From Sinorhizobium meliloti (GTDB lineage: Bacteria; Pseudomonadota; Alphaproteobacteria; Rhizobiales; Rhizobiaceae), in assembly GCF_017876815.1 (NCBI RefSeq), contig NZ_JAGIOS010000001.1, forward strand, positions 3,060,001-3,092,000: a stretch of 32,000 bases of DNA, in the 5' to 3' direction. Positions within the stretch are counted from its first letter, which is position 1, and each line of letters opens with the position of its first letter. The notes under the pieces were generated by a model. That model was given only the letters and a program-made list of their open reading frames with translations, ran no database searches and was not told the DNA's origin. This document shows positions 1 to 9,140 of this stretch, piece after piece. The translations under genes and the position numbers were made by a program.

Positions 1-2
1 CC

Positions 3-1028
<1,026 letters not shown>

Positions 1029-1054
1029 AGCTGCGGACTGGATTGCAAAATGAA

Positions 1055-1091
1055 GAACCCCGGAGCGACGGTGCTTCGGGGTTCTTTTTTT
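1055..1091 (+). terminator. Rho-independent terminator of the TRAP binding-protein gene
   Basis: 11-bp stem GAACCCCGGAG / CTTCGGGGTTC (one G-U pair), 8-nt loop, then a run of 7 T (1085-1091), about 27 nt after the stop codon. Confidence 0.85.
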
Positions 1092-1164
1092 GCTTATCAC
1101 CTGACGAAATCGGTTCTCATCTTCGTTTCACCGAATCGATGACCGGTAAAATGCTTCAACAAAT

Positions 1165-1200
1165 TGAAATTCCGTTCGCACATACTTTTCCATCCCGCTT
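1165..1200 (+). repeat. Degenerate right arm of repeat family B (copy B1), abutting family A copy A1
   Basis: gaaattccgttcgcacatacttttccatcccgctt aligns with ggaaaatcgcacacacttttcctcatcccgctc at 17549-17581. Only the right stem arm CATCCCGCT is retained. Confidence 0.5.
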
Positions 1201-1374
1201 TAAGGCCTGTTGAGATTCATCTGGTGTTTATGACGGCTGCTGCGAGATCGGTGATGGCGTTTCTCCTGGCCCTCATCTCTGTGCTTGTCACAGAGATCCA
1301 GCAGCGCCGCGTCTGCGGCGCGGGAAATGTTTTTTCAGGCCAAGGACCTGGCCTGGCTGGATCCCTGTGACCAG
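1201..1374 (+). repeat. Repeat family A, copy A1, left part (interrupted by an IS at 1375)
   Basis: Begins with the terminal inverted repeat TAAGGCCTGTTGAGATTC. It contains hairpins ATCTCTGTG-N5-CACAGAGAT and GCGCCGC-GTCT-GCGGCGC, plus the left arm ATCCCTGTG and loop ACCAG of the last hairpin. Near-identical to 7707-7813 and 17641-17749. Confidence 0.9.
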
Positions 1375-2639
1375 TGTTTAGCCCGGGGACATGGCGGACA
1401 CCTGTTCGGATACATCACTGACGGATTGCTTGTTGGTCAAGTTGATTGTTGCGATGTGATGGGCACCGAAGAAAGCGCCATAGTGGCCGTCGCGGTCGAG
1501 CGGGCGGATGGCGAGGCGTTCTCCGCAGAAAGCTTTGGGAACTTTCCATAGCCGGCCTTTGAAGCTGACATAGGCTTTGGTGGCGGAAACCTTGCGCACG
1601 ATCTCGCCCTCGTCATAGACGGGCTCGGGCAGGCGATCCGGCATGGCGCGCGGACTGGGGTGGTAGCGGCTGGCCGGCACGTCATGATCGAGTGCCCCAT
1701 GCGGGCGCTCGAAATTGTAAAGCTCGCGCCAGGCATCGAAGGCGCGCTGAACGGCAGCAAGATCCCTGAAACGGTCAAAGGCGAACACCTCGGCCTTGAG
1801 TGTGCGATGGAAGCGTTCATTCTTGCCACGGCTCTGCGGATGGTAGGGGCGACTGTGCAGTAGGGCGACGCCGAGCTTCAGAAGCCATACGCCGAGGCCG
1901 GTCCAGCCCTCGCCTGACGGATCGCCCCATGGCGCGCCATTATCCACGAACATGGCGTCCGGCAGCCCGTAGCGCCGGAATGTCCGCTCCAGATGGCCGC
2001 GTACGGTCGCGCCTCGCTGATCGGCGCAGGCCATGAGACAAGGCACGAAGCGGGAATGGTCATCGATCACCGTCAACGGGTGGCAGAGCGTGGCGTCGGC
2101 CAATTGCACCCAGCCCTTGAAATCCATTTGCCAGAGCTGGTTCGGCGCCTCCTTCTCGAAGCGCTGCAACGCCGGCGCGCCGCCCGGCGGTGCTACGATC
2201 CGATCATGGCGCTTGAGGATGGCATGAACGGTCGAAACCGCCGGCGGGTGGGTTCCCTGCCGTTCCAGATAGCCCACAATTTTGCGCGCCCCCCATGCCG
2301 GATGCGCATCGCGCACCCCAAGCACCTCGGTCTCTACCGCTTCGTTGCAACGCATCGGACTTATATGCGGGCGCCGTGAGCGATCCGCCAACTCGCGGTC
2401 GCCGGCTTCCCACCGCGCCAGCCATTTATAACCGATATCCGGGCTGATCCCGAACCGCCGGCACAATTCCCGCCGGTTCACACCCTCCTCAAGCGCAAGT
2501 CGCACAAACTCCCGCCGCTCTCCCATCGTCGATACCTCTCGCCACGGCATGGAATACCCCCTTCGAAGCCAAATCCATGCCAGTATGACGTGTCAGCCAT
2601 CTCCCCGAACACCCGTCAGTTATGTCCCCGGGCTAAACA
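1375..2639 (-). mobile_element. Complete IS481-family insertion sequence (1265 bp)
   Basis: Perfect 18-bp terminal inverted repeats TGTTTAGCCCGGGGACAT (1375-1392 and the reverse complement of 2622-2639). A 5-bp direct duplication ACCAG flanks it (1370-1374 and 2640-2644). A single DDE transposase ORF fills the element and its stop codon lies inside the left IR. Confidence 0.93.
1378..2550 (-). CDS. IS481-family DDE transposase (integrase/rve core)
   Basis: N-terminal HTH (CRRFGISPDIGYKWLARW). rve catalytic signature: WQMDFKG, VIDDHSRF, DNGAPW, SRPYHPQSRGKNERFHRTLK. An alternative start is ATG at 2526 (MGERREF), which has a GAGAGG Shine-Dalgarno sequence. Confidence 0.92.
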   Translation of the reverse strand: MPWREVSTMGERREFVRLALEEGVNRRELCRRFGISPDIGYKWLARWEAGDRELADRSRRPHISPMRCNEAVETEVLGVRDAHPAWGARKIVGYLERQGTHPPAVSTVHAILKRHDRIVAPPGGAPALQRFEKEAPNQLWQMDFKGWVQLADATLCHPLTVIDDHSRFVPCLMACADQRGATVRGHLERTFRRYGLPDAMFVDNGAPWGDPSGEGWTGLGVWLLKLGVALLHSRPYHPQSRGKNERFHRTLKAEVFAFDRFRDLAAVQRAFDAWRELYNFERPHGALDHDVPASRYHPSPRAMPDRLPEPVYDEGEIVRKVSATKAYVSFKGRLWKVPKAFCGERLAIRPLDRDGHYGAFFGAHHIATINLTNKQSVSDVSEQVSAMSPG

Positions 2640-2705
2640 ACCAGCACAGGGATGAGGAGATCAAACAAGCCGCCCCGGGGGTATCCCGAATCTCAACGGA
2701 CCTTA
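2640..2705 (+). repeat. Repeat family A, copy A1, right part (after the IS)
   Basis: ACCAG (duplicated loop) + CACAGGGATGAGGAGATCAAACAAGCC...GAATCTCAACGGACCTTA. This aligns with the right ends of A2 (7809-7875) and A3 (17745-17802). Confidence 0.9.
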
Positions 2706-4496
2706 GTTGAACGACGGCGGTGCGCTGAGATCGGGGGCCGGATTGTTCTGTTGAGGCGCCGTATTCGGTTGGGCCGGCTGCTGGCCACCCCCGTCGAGCG
2801 GACTGCCGCCCGGCAGCTGCAGGCCGCCGGGAAGGCCGAGGCCGCCGCCATTGTCGGGCAGGGTAAGACCGCCGCCGCCGGTGCCGAAGCCCGGGACCTC
2901 GATCTTGATCGTCGACGGATCGACCGCCGCGCCGCTGCCTTTATAATGCAGGACCATCTGCGGGAACATGAGGGTCAGCGCAACCATGACGACCTGTATG
3001 CAGACGAAAGGCACGGCGCCCCAATAGATCTGTCCGGTCGTCACGGGCTGCATCATCTTGCCGGTCACCCTGTCCAGATAGGGCACCCTGGCTGCCACGG
3101 AACGCAGATAGAAGAGCGCGAAGCCGAAGGGCGGATGCATGAAGCTCGTCTGCATGTTGATGCCGAGCAGCACGCCGAACCAGATCAGATCGATGCCCAG
3201 CTTGTCGGCCGCCGGCGCGAGCAGGGGGACGATGATGAAGGCGAGCTCGAAGAAATCGAGGAAGAAGGCCAGGAAGAAGACGAGCACGTTGACGGCGATC
3301 AGGAAGCCGATTTCGCCGCCCGGCAAGGCCGTCAGCAGATGCTCCACCCAGAGATGCCCGTTGACGCCGTAGAAGGTGAGCGAAAAGACGCGGGCGCCGA
3401 TCAGGATGAACAGAACGAAGGCGGAGAGCCGCGTCGTGGAGGCGAGTGCGGCGCGGACCACTTCCATGTTGAGGCGGCCCTTGCCGGCCGCCATGACGAG
3501 CGCGCCGACGGCTCCCATGGCGCCGCCTTCGGTGGGTGTGGCGATGCCCAGGAAAATCGTCCCGAGAACGAGGAAAATCAGGGCCAGTGGCGGGATCAGA
3601 ACGATGATCACCTGTTGCGCCAGCCGCGAAAGCGCGTTGATCTTGAGCGTCCTGTCGGCGAGGGCGGCCAGGTAGATGAATATGATGCCCACCGTCGCGC
3701 CGAGGATGTCCGCGTTTTCGCCCTGCGTCGGCGAAAGATAGACGTGGGCCGCATAGGCGATCGCGCAGGCGACCAGGAGCGCGATCGCAAGCGAGGTGAC
3801 GCCGGACCCGAGCGTGCGCGCTTCCAGAGGCAGCGCCGGCATGGAGTGCCGCTTCACGAAGGTCATCAGCAGGATGTAGCCCATATAGAGCCCGGTCAGA
3901 ACGAGGCCGGGGATGAGGGCGCCGGCATACATGTCGCCGACCGAGCGGCCGAGCTGGTCGGCAAGAACGATCAGCACCAGCGACGGCGGGATGATCTGCG
4001 CAAGCGTGCCGGAGGCGGCGATGACGCCGGAGGCGATGCGCCGGTCGTAGCCGTAGCGCAGCATGATCGGCAGCGAGATCAGGCCCATCGCGATGACGGA
4101 AGCTGCGACGACGCCGGTGGTCGCCGCAAGCAGCGCGCCGACGAAGATGACCGCGTAGGCAAGTCCGCCGCGCACGGGACCGAAGAGCTGGCCGATCGTG
4201 TCGAGAAGGTCCTCGGCCATGCCCGACCGTTCGAGCACTATGCCCATGAAGGTGAAGAAGGGGATGGCGAGAAGCGTGTCGTTCGACATGACCCCCCAGA
4301 ACCGTTCCGGCAGTGCGTTCAGCAGTGGCCAGGAAAGATTGATGGAATCGGACAAAGGCGCGAGTTCGACGCCGATGATGAAGAACAGGAGACCGTTGGC
4401 GGCGAGCGAGAAGGCGACCGGGTATCCGAGCAGAAGGAATACGATCAGCGACACGAACATGATCGGCGCCAGGTTTTCAGCGACGAACTCGATCAT
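2703..4496 (-). CDS. TRAP transporter large permease subunit (DctM-like, COG4664-type) with a Gly/Pro/Gln-rich C-terminal tail
   Basis: 597-aa polytopic membrane protein with typical DctM segments. Its ATG overlaps the upstream small-permease stop (ATGA). The C-terminal ~90 aa are low complexity. Confidence 0.9.
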   Translation of the reverse strand: MIEFVAENLAPIMFVSLIVFLLLGYPVAFSLAANGLLFFIIGVELAPLSDSINLSWPLLNALPERFWGVMSNDTLLAIPFFTFMGIVLERSGMAEDLLDTIGQLFGPVRGGLAYAVIFVGALLAATTGVVAASVIAMGLISLPIMLRYGYDRRIASGVIAASGTLAQIIPPSLVLIVLADQLGRSVGDMYAGALIPGLVLTGLYMGYILLMTFVKRHSMPALPLEARTLGSGVTSLAIALLVACAIAYAAHVYLSPTQGENADILGATVGIIFIYLAALADRTLKINALSRLAQQVIIVLIPPLALIFLVLGTIFLGIATPTEGGAMGAVGALVMAAGKGRLNMEVVRAALASTTRLSAFVLFILIGARVFSLTFYGVNGHLWVEHLLTALPGGEIGFLIAVNVLVFFLAFFLDFFELAFIIVPLLAPAADKLGIDLIWFGVLLGINMQTSFMHPPFGFALFYLRSVAARVPYLDRVTGKMMQPVTTGQIYWGAVPFVCIQVVMVALTLMFPQMVLHYKGSGAAVDPSTIKIEVPGFGTGGGGLTLPDNGGGLGLPGGLQLPGGSPLDGGGQQPAQPNTAPQQNNPAPDLSAPPSFN

Positions 4497-5068
4497 GAAC
4501 GGGCCTCCGGCGCAACGGCGTCATCGAGCGGTGCATGGGCCGGGACGTAAGGCGTCGGATCATCCATGTTCCCGGTCATGATGGCGATTTTTTTGATGAT
4601 TTCCGAAACGCCCTGCAGCGCGAGAAGCACGAAGCCGATCAGCAGGATCGCTTTCGCCGGCCATATGATGAGCCCCCCGGCGCTCGAGGAAAGCTCGCCC
4701 GAGACATATGACATCCGTACGTAGGGTACGAGGTAATAGAGCATGAGAACCACGAAGGGCATCAGGAAGAAGACGTGCCCGAAGAGGTCGATCCAGTGCT
4801 GCACGCGGCGCGAGAACATTCCGTAGACGACGTCGATGCGGATGTGCTCGTTCTGGCTCAGCGTGTAGGCGGCAGCGAACATGAAGGCCGCGCCGAAGAG
4901 ATACCACTGCGCCTCCAGCCATGCATTGGACGACATGTTGAACACTTTTCGGATGACGGCGTTGCCGGCGCTCACGAGCACGGCCACCAGAATAAGCCAA
5001 GAGACCGCCTTGCCGATCCTTTCGGTAATGGCGTCGATCAATCGGCTGAAGCCGAGTAACGGTTTCAT
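4493..5068 (-). CDS. TRAP transporter small permease subunit (DctQ-like)
   Basis: Start chosen at ATG 5068 (MKPLLGFSRLIDAITERIGKAVSWLILV), preceded by GGAGG. Four predicted TM segments. 4-nt overlap with the large permease start. The longer ORF up to 5218 has no RBS and a non-protein-like N-terminus. Confidence 0.85.
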   Translation of the reverse strand: MKPLLGFSRLIDAITERIGKAVSWLILVAVLVSAGNAVIRKVFNMSSNAWLEAQWYLFGAAFMFAAAYTLSQNEHIRIDVVYGMFSRRVQHWIDLFGHVFFLMPFVVLMLYYLVPYVRMSYVSGELSSSAGGLIIWPAKAILLIGFVLLALQGVSEIIKKIAIMTGNMDDPTPYVPAHAPLDDAVAPEARS

Positions 5069-5418
5069 CGAGTTCCTCCCCGCAATGGTTTTTGTTTTTT
5101 TGCCAAGCACAGGCAGAGTGCCCATTTCAAGCCTGCTTTCAAGTGCGACGGCCGATTTTCCGGGATAGGGGCGGGGTCTCAGACGAAAGTCGAATACAGT
5201 CCGCCGGCGAATGATCAAAACTTAGGCACGCGAGCGCGATTCCCGCCGATGTTCCGCCGCAGCTTTCGTGGAAAATAAAGCCCGTGCAGGGGATTTCACG
5301 CGATTCGAGAGGTGGCAACCTGCCAGGATCGCCGGTGTGGGAGCGCCTGCGTGAAAGGTCTTGAAAAGACGGTGAGCATGGGGCTGGATGCGGCACCGCG
5401 AAGAGGGAGATGCAAGAG

Positions 5419-7044
5419 ATGACCGCGACGATCCGGAACCCGATCCTGCCCGGTTTCAATCCGGACCCATCCATCTGTCGGGTCGGCGAAGACTATTACA
5501 TCGCGACCTCGACATTCGAATGGTACCCCGGTGTACAGATTCACCATTCGCGCGATCTCGTGAACTGGCGGCTCGTGCGCCGCCCGCTCGAGCGCGCAAG
5601 TCAGCTCGACATGCGCGGCAATCCCGACAGTTGCGGCGTATGGGCTCCGTGCCTCTCCTATTGCGACGGGCTGTTCTGGCTCGTCTACACCGACGTCAAA
5701 CGCCTGGACGGCAACTTCAAGGATGCCCACAACTACATCGTGACGGCGGAAGCGGTGGAGGCCACCTGGTCCGATCCGGTCTATGTCAATTCGTCGGGCT
5801 TCGATCCGTCGCTGTTCCATGACGACGATGGCCGCAAATGGTTTCTCAACATGCAATGGAACCACCGCTCGGAAAGCTTCGCCGGCTCGCCCAAGAGCCC
5901 CGCTTTCGACGGTATCCTGCTGCAGGAATGGGACGAGCGGACCCGCAAGCTCGTGGGCCCAGTGAAGAACATCTTCGCCGGCAGTCCGCTCGGCCTTGTC
6001 GAAGGGCCGCATCTCTTCAAACGCGACGGTTGGTATTACCTGACGGTCGCCGAGGGTGGAACAGGTTACGACCACGCCGTGGGCATGGCGCGGTCCCGCA
6101 CGATCGACGGACCTTACGAGATGCACCCGAATGTTCATCTCATCACCTCCAAGGATCACCCGGAGGCAGCTCTGCAACGGGCGGGGCACGGGCAATATGT
6201 CGAGACGCCGGACGGCCAGGCCTATCATACGCATCTTTGCGGCCGGCCGCTGCCGCCGCAGCGACGCTGCACGCTCGGGCGCGAGACTGCGTTGCAGAAA
6301 TGCGTCTGGCGGGAGGACGGTTGGCTCTATCTCGAAAATGGCGGGCCGGTTCCCGGGGTGACCGTGCCCGCGCCGGGAGCCGCGGGAACCGTCGCTGAGC
6401 GCGTCCTCTTTGAAACGGACTTCGACGAGCAGGTGCTTCCGCCGGAGTTCCAGTGGCTGCGCACTCCGGTACCGGAGCGGATCTTCTCGTTAGCCGCCCG
6501 GACCGGGCATCTCCGGCTCTTCGGCCGCGAGAGCATCGGCAGCTGGTTCGAGCAGGCGCTGGTGGCGCGGCGGCAGGAACACCATTCCTTCCGCGCAGAA
6601 GCCGTCGTCGATTTCGCTCCCGATACCTATCAGCAGGTCGCGGGACTGACCCATTATTATAACCGGCACAAGTTCCATGCCCTCGGTGTCACACGGCACG
6701 AAACCCTCGGACGCGTCCTAACCATACTCTCCTGTCCGGGCGATTTTCCGAACGGGCGGTTGACCTATCCGGTCGGCAGCGGTTTCGCCGTACCGGACGG
6801 TCCAGTTCAACTCGCCATGGAGGTCAGAGACAACGATCTCCAGTTCTTCTGGCGGGGAGCGGCCCAGGCAGAGTGGCTGACCATCGGGCCGGTGCTCGAC
6901 GCCGGCGTGATTTCGGACGAAGGCGGGCGCGGCGAGCACGGTTCCTTCACGGGGGCGTTCGCCGGCATTTTCGCTTTCGACATCTCGGGTTGCGCGACGC
7001 CTGCCGACTTCGACCGGTTCCGCTACCAGGCGCTCAGCGTTTGA
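5419..7044 (+). CDS. Glycoside hydrolase family 43 beta-xylosidase / alpha-L-arabinofuranosidase (XynB/YagH-like)
   Basis: N-terminus IRNPILPGFNPDPSICRVGEDYYIATSTFEWYPGVQIHHSRDLVNW is the classic GH43 opening. GVWAPCL and LVEGPHLFKRDGWYYL are also present. The ~540 aa length includes the C-terminal beta-sandwich domain. AGGGAG lies 9 nt upstream of ATG 5419. Confidence 0.9.
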   Translation: MTATIRNPILPGFNPDPSICRVGEDYYIATSTFEWYPGVQIHHSRDLVNWRLVRRPLERASQLDMRGNPDSCGVWAPCLSYCDGLFWLVYTDVKRLDGNFKDAHNYIVTAEAVEATWSDPVYVNSSGFDPSLFHDDDGRKWFLNMQWNHRSESFAGSPKSPAFDGILLQEWDERTRKLVGPVKNIFAGSPLGLVEGPHLFKRDGWYYLTVAEGGTGYDHAVGMARSRTIDGPYEMHPNVHLITSKDHPEAALQRAGHGQYVETPDGQAYHTHLCGRPLPPQRRCTLGRETALQKCVWREDGWLYLENGGPVPGVTVPAPGAAGTVAERVLFETDFDEQVLPPEFQWLRTPVPERIFSLAARTGHLRLFGRESIGSWFEQALVARRQEHHSFRAEAVVDFAPDTYQQVAGLTHYYNRHKFHALGVTRHETLGRVLTILSCPGDFPNGRLTYPVGSGFAVPDGPVQLAMEVRDNDLQFFWRGAAQAEWLTIGPVLDAGVISDEGGRGEHGSFTGAFAGIFAFDISGCATPADFDRFRYQALSV

Positions 7045-7082
7045 AATGCCGTACGTTTATGAGGGAATTCTTATAAGCATCG

Positions 7083-7093
7083 GTAATCATTAC
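7083..7093. promoter_or_regulatory. AT-rich palindrome GTAATCATTAC upstream of the RcnB-like gene (possible metalloregulator operator)
   Basis: Perfect 5-1-5 palindrome in an AT-rich stretch about 80 nt upstream of ATG 7173. Its half-site GTAAT/ATTAC resembles the half-sites of the boxes at 9036-9075. Assignment is speculative. Confidence 0.25.
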
Positions 7094-7172
7094 TTATTTG
7101 TAATGTCACGCTTCATATTCGGTTCAGGAAGGGAGGCTTAGTTTCGGGGGGTAATAACGAAAGGGAAACCCC

Positions 7173-7553
7173 ATGAAACGCCTTCTGATCGCGCTCGTCG
7201 CAAGCTCATTCTTCGCCACTCCGATGGCGCTTGCTCAGCCGGCCGGCTCCTTCGAGCTTGCGCAGGCGCATGATCGCAATCGCCACAGGCACGTCGATCG
7301 ACATGTCGAGAAACGCGTCGACCGACACGTCGAGAAGCATGTCGAAAAGCGCGTGATCATCAAGAAGCACCGCTGGGCGCGCGGCCACAGGCTGAGCCCG
7401 TCCGAGCGGCGCCACATGGCTTATGTCCGTGACTACCGCCGCTACAAGCTGCGGCCGCCGCCGCGGGGCCAGCAATGGGTGCGTGTCGACAATGACTTTC
7501 TGCTGATCAGCCTCGCAACGGGCGTGATCGCAGGCCTTGCATCGGCTTATTGA
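7173..7553 (+). CDS. RcnB-family periplasmic protein with a His-rich HVEK repeat region
   Basis: Signal peptide MKRLLIALVASSFFATPMALA. The C-terminal signature HRWARGHRLSP...YVRDYRRYKLRPPPRGQQWVRVDNDFLLISLATGVIAG matches the RcnB (YohN) family pattern. The region between them is HRHVDRHVEKRVDRHVEKHVEKRV. Confidence 0.8.
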   Translation: MKRLLIALVASSFFATPMALAQPAGSFELAQAHDRNRHRHVDRHVEKRVDRHVEKHVEKRVIIKKHRWARGHRLSPSERRHMAYVRDYRRYKLRPPPRGQQWVRVDNDFLLISLATGVIAGLASAY

Positions 7554-7574
7554 CGCCGTCGCGTCTCCGCGGCC

Positions 7575-7603
7575 CTCGTTCCTGTGCCTTTCACAGGAAC
7601 GAG
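7575..7603 (+). terminator. Stem-loop downstream of the RcnB-like gene (possible terminator, no T-tract)
   Basis: 12-bp perfect stem CTCGTTCCTGTG / CACAGGAACGAG with a 5-nt loop, 22 nt after the stop codon. No U-run follows. Confidence 0.4.
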
Positions 7604-7671
7604 GAGATTGGGAGGGGGTGGGTGTCACGGCAGCTGCCGTTTGCGCGTATGTAAGCCATCTTGCCGACTGC

Positions 7672-7875
7672 GCGGTCTGGGAAACATCTCTGAGGCCTGC
7701 AATCTCTCCTCACCCTCATCTCTGTGCTTGTTACAGAGATCCAGCAGCGCCGCGTCTGCGGCGCGGAGAACGTTCTTTCAGCCCAAGGACTTGGTCTGGC
7801 TGGATCCCTGTGACGAGCACAGGGATGAGGAGATCAAACAAGCCGCGGGGGTATTCCGGATCTTACAGGCCCTAG
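7672..7875 (+). repeat. Repeat family A, copy A2 (intact core, degenerate or partly deleted left terminus)
   Basis: The core 7700-7850 is near-identical to A3 and includes all four hairpins, with the uninterrupted loop ATCCCTGTG-ACGAG-CACAGGGAT. The right end is GGATCTTACAGGCCCTA. Confidence 0.85.
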
Positions 7876-7946
7876 CAAATGCTGGTCAAAAGAGCCCGAA
7901 CGCGCTTCAGGGCCGATCCAATCCATCAAATGCCGGGACTAAACAC

Positions 7947-8969
7947 TTAGCTCGCCGAAGAAAGGCATTCCTTCAGCGAGGCGCCGATGTTTTCCATCAT
8001 CTGGAAGTAGAGATCCGGTCCAGCCTCGAGGGTGCCGGCTTCCGGATCGAGCGTGCCGGATTTCGCCGGCGTGCCTTCTATGACGACGCTGACGAGCTTC
8101 GGTTCGAACTGCGGCTCGGCGAAGACGCAGGTCGCGCCCAATTCCTTGATCTTCGCGCGAATCTCGGAGAGCCGCTCGGCGCCGGGCAGCACCTCCGGGC
8201 TGACGGTGATCGAGCCGGCGACGCGCACCTGGTAGCGGTTTTCGAAATACTGATAGGCATCGTGGAAGACGACGAAAGGCTTGTCCTTGACGGCAGCCAC
8301 CGTCTCGGCGAGGCTCTTGTCGAGAGCGTCGATCCGCGCGTTGAACTTCTCCAGATTTGCCTTGTAGGCGGCGGCGTTGGCCGGATCGGCCGCGGCCAAG
8401 GTCTTCTCGATCTCGGTCGCCATGGCCTTGGCGTTCATCGGGTCGAGCCACATATGCATGTCGAACTCGCCCTCGGCATGATCGTGATCGTCATGCTTAT
8501 CGGCGTGCTCGGCACCCTCCGCTTCGCCGGCATGGGCATCGCCGTGATCCTCGTGCCCCTCGTGGCCCGCTTCCTCGCCATGGCCCTCTTCACCGTGATC
8601 GTGCCCCTCGAAGGCGCCGCCCTCGCGGAACTTCAGCTTCGCGAGCCCGGGAGCCTCGCCGAGTTCGACCACCTGGGCTCCTGTGCCGAGCGTATCAAGC
8701 GGCTTGTCGAGGAACGCCTCGAGGCCGGGTCCGACCCAGAACACGACCTTTGCCGCCTGCAGTGCCGCGGCGTTCGAAGGCTTCATGGTGTAGGTATGAG
8801 GGGAGGCGCCGCCCTCGACGATGAGCGAGGGCTCGCCGATGCCCTGCATGATCGAGGCGACCAGCGAATGGACCGGCTTGATCGAGACGACCACATTGGG
8901 CGCCGCCGCAAATGCGGGGGAGGCCAGGAGAAGCGTCGAGGCGAACAGGAGGGCAGTCGTCGATTTCAT
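7947..8969 (-). CDS. znuA: Zinc ABC transporter periplasmic binding protein ZnuA with a His/Asp/Glu-rich loop
   Basis: Signal peptide MKSTTALLFASTLLLASPAFAAAP. Cluster A-I binding-protein fold motifs are present. Long loop: HDHGEEGHGEEAGHEGHEDHGDAHAGEAEGAEHADKHDDHDH. GGAGAA RBS. Divergent from znuCB-zur. Confidence 0.92.
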   Translation of the reverse strand: MKSTTALLFASTLLLASPAFAAAPNVVVSIKPVHSLVASIMQGIGEPSLIVEGGASPHTYTMKPSNAAALQAAKVVFWVGPGLEAFLDKPLDTLGTGAQVVELGEAPGLAKLKFREGGAFEGHDHGEEGHGEEAGHEGHEDHGDAHAGEAEGAEHADKHDDHDHAEGEFDMHMWLDPMNAKAMATEIEKTLAAADPANAAAYKANLEKFNARIDALDKSLAETVAAVKDKPFVVFHDAYQYFENRYQVRVAGSITVSPEVLPGAERLSEIRAKIKELGATCVFAEPQFEPKLVSVVIEGTPAKSGTLDPEAGTLEAGPDLYFQMMENIGASLKECLSSAS

Positions 8970-9035
8970 CGTTTTCTCCGAATTGTCCGGTGGGCTGCAG
9001 CCGGCTTTTACGGCCGGACATTGCTTGTAACGGCG

Positions 9036-9075
9036 TTGTTATGTTATTACATCAATTGCGTTATGCTATAACGTG
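9036..9075. promoter_or_regulatory. Two Zur-box-like palindromes in the znuA / znuC divergent promoter region
   Basis: GTTGTTATGTTATTACAT (9036-9052) and GCGTTATGCTATAACGTG (9058-9075, core GTTAT-N3-ATAAC). Both resemble the TGTTAT...ATAACA core of proteobacterial Zur boxes. They lie between divergent zinc uptake genes, with zur encoded in the same operon. Confidence 0.65.
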
Positions 9076-9140
9076 TGCGATAGCCAGTGGCAACCACCAG
9101 CCGGAACTTTTTGATGTTGAACTTCCGATCACCAGAAACG

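Noticed and set aside
2652-4550. 632-aa plus-strand ORF rich in R/D/E/G/H
   Set aside because: It lies exactly antisense to the well-supported TRAP large permease gene. Its composition is the low-complexity mirror typical of antisense frames in high-GC DNA, and it has no motifs or RBS.
7584-9071. 495-aa plus-strand ORF spanning repeat A2 and the znuA region
   Set aside because: It starts inside an intergenic repeat and then runs antisense to znuA. It has no recognisable domains.
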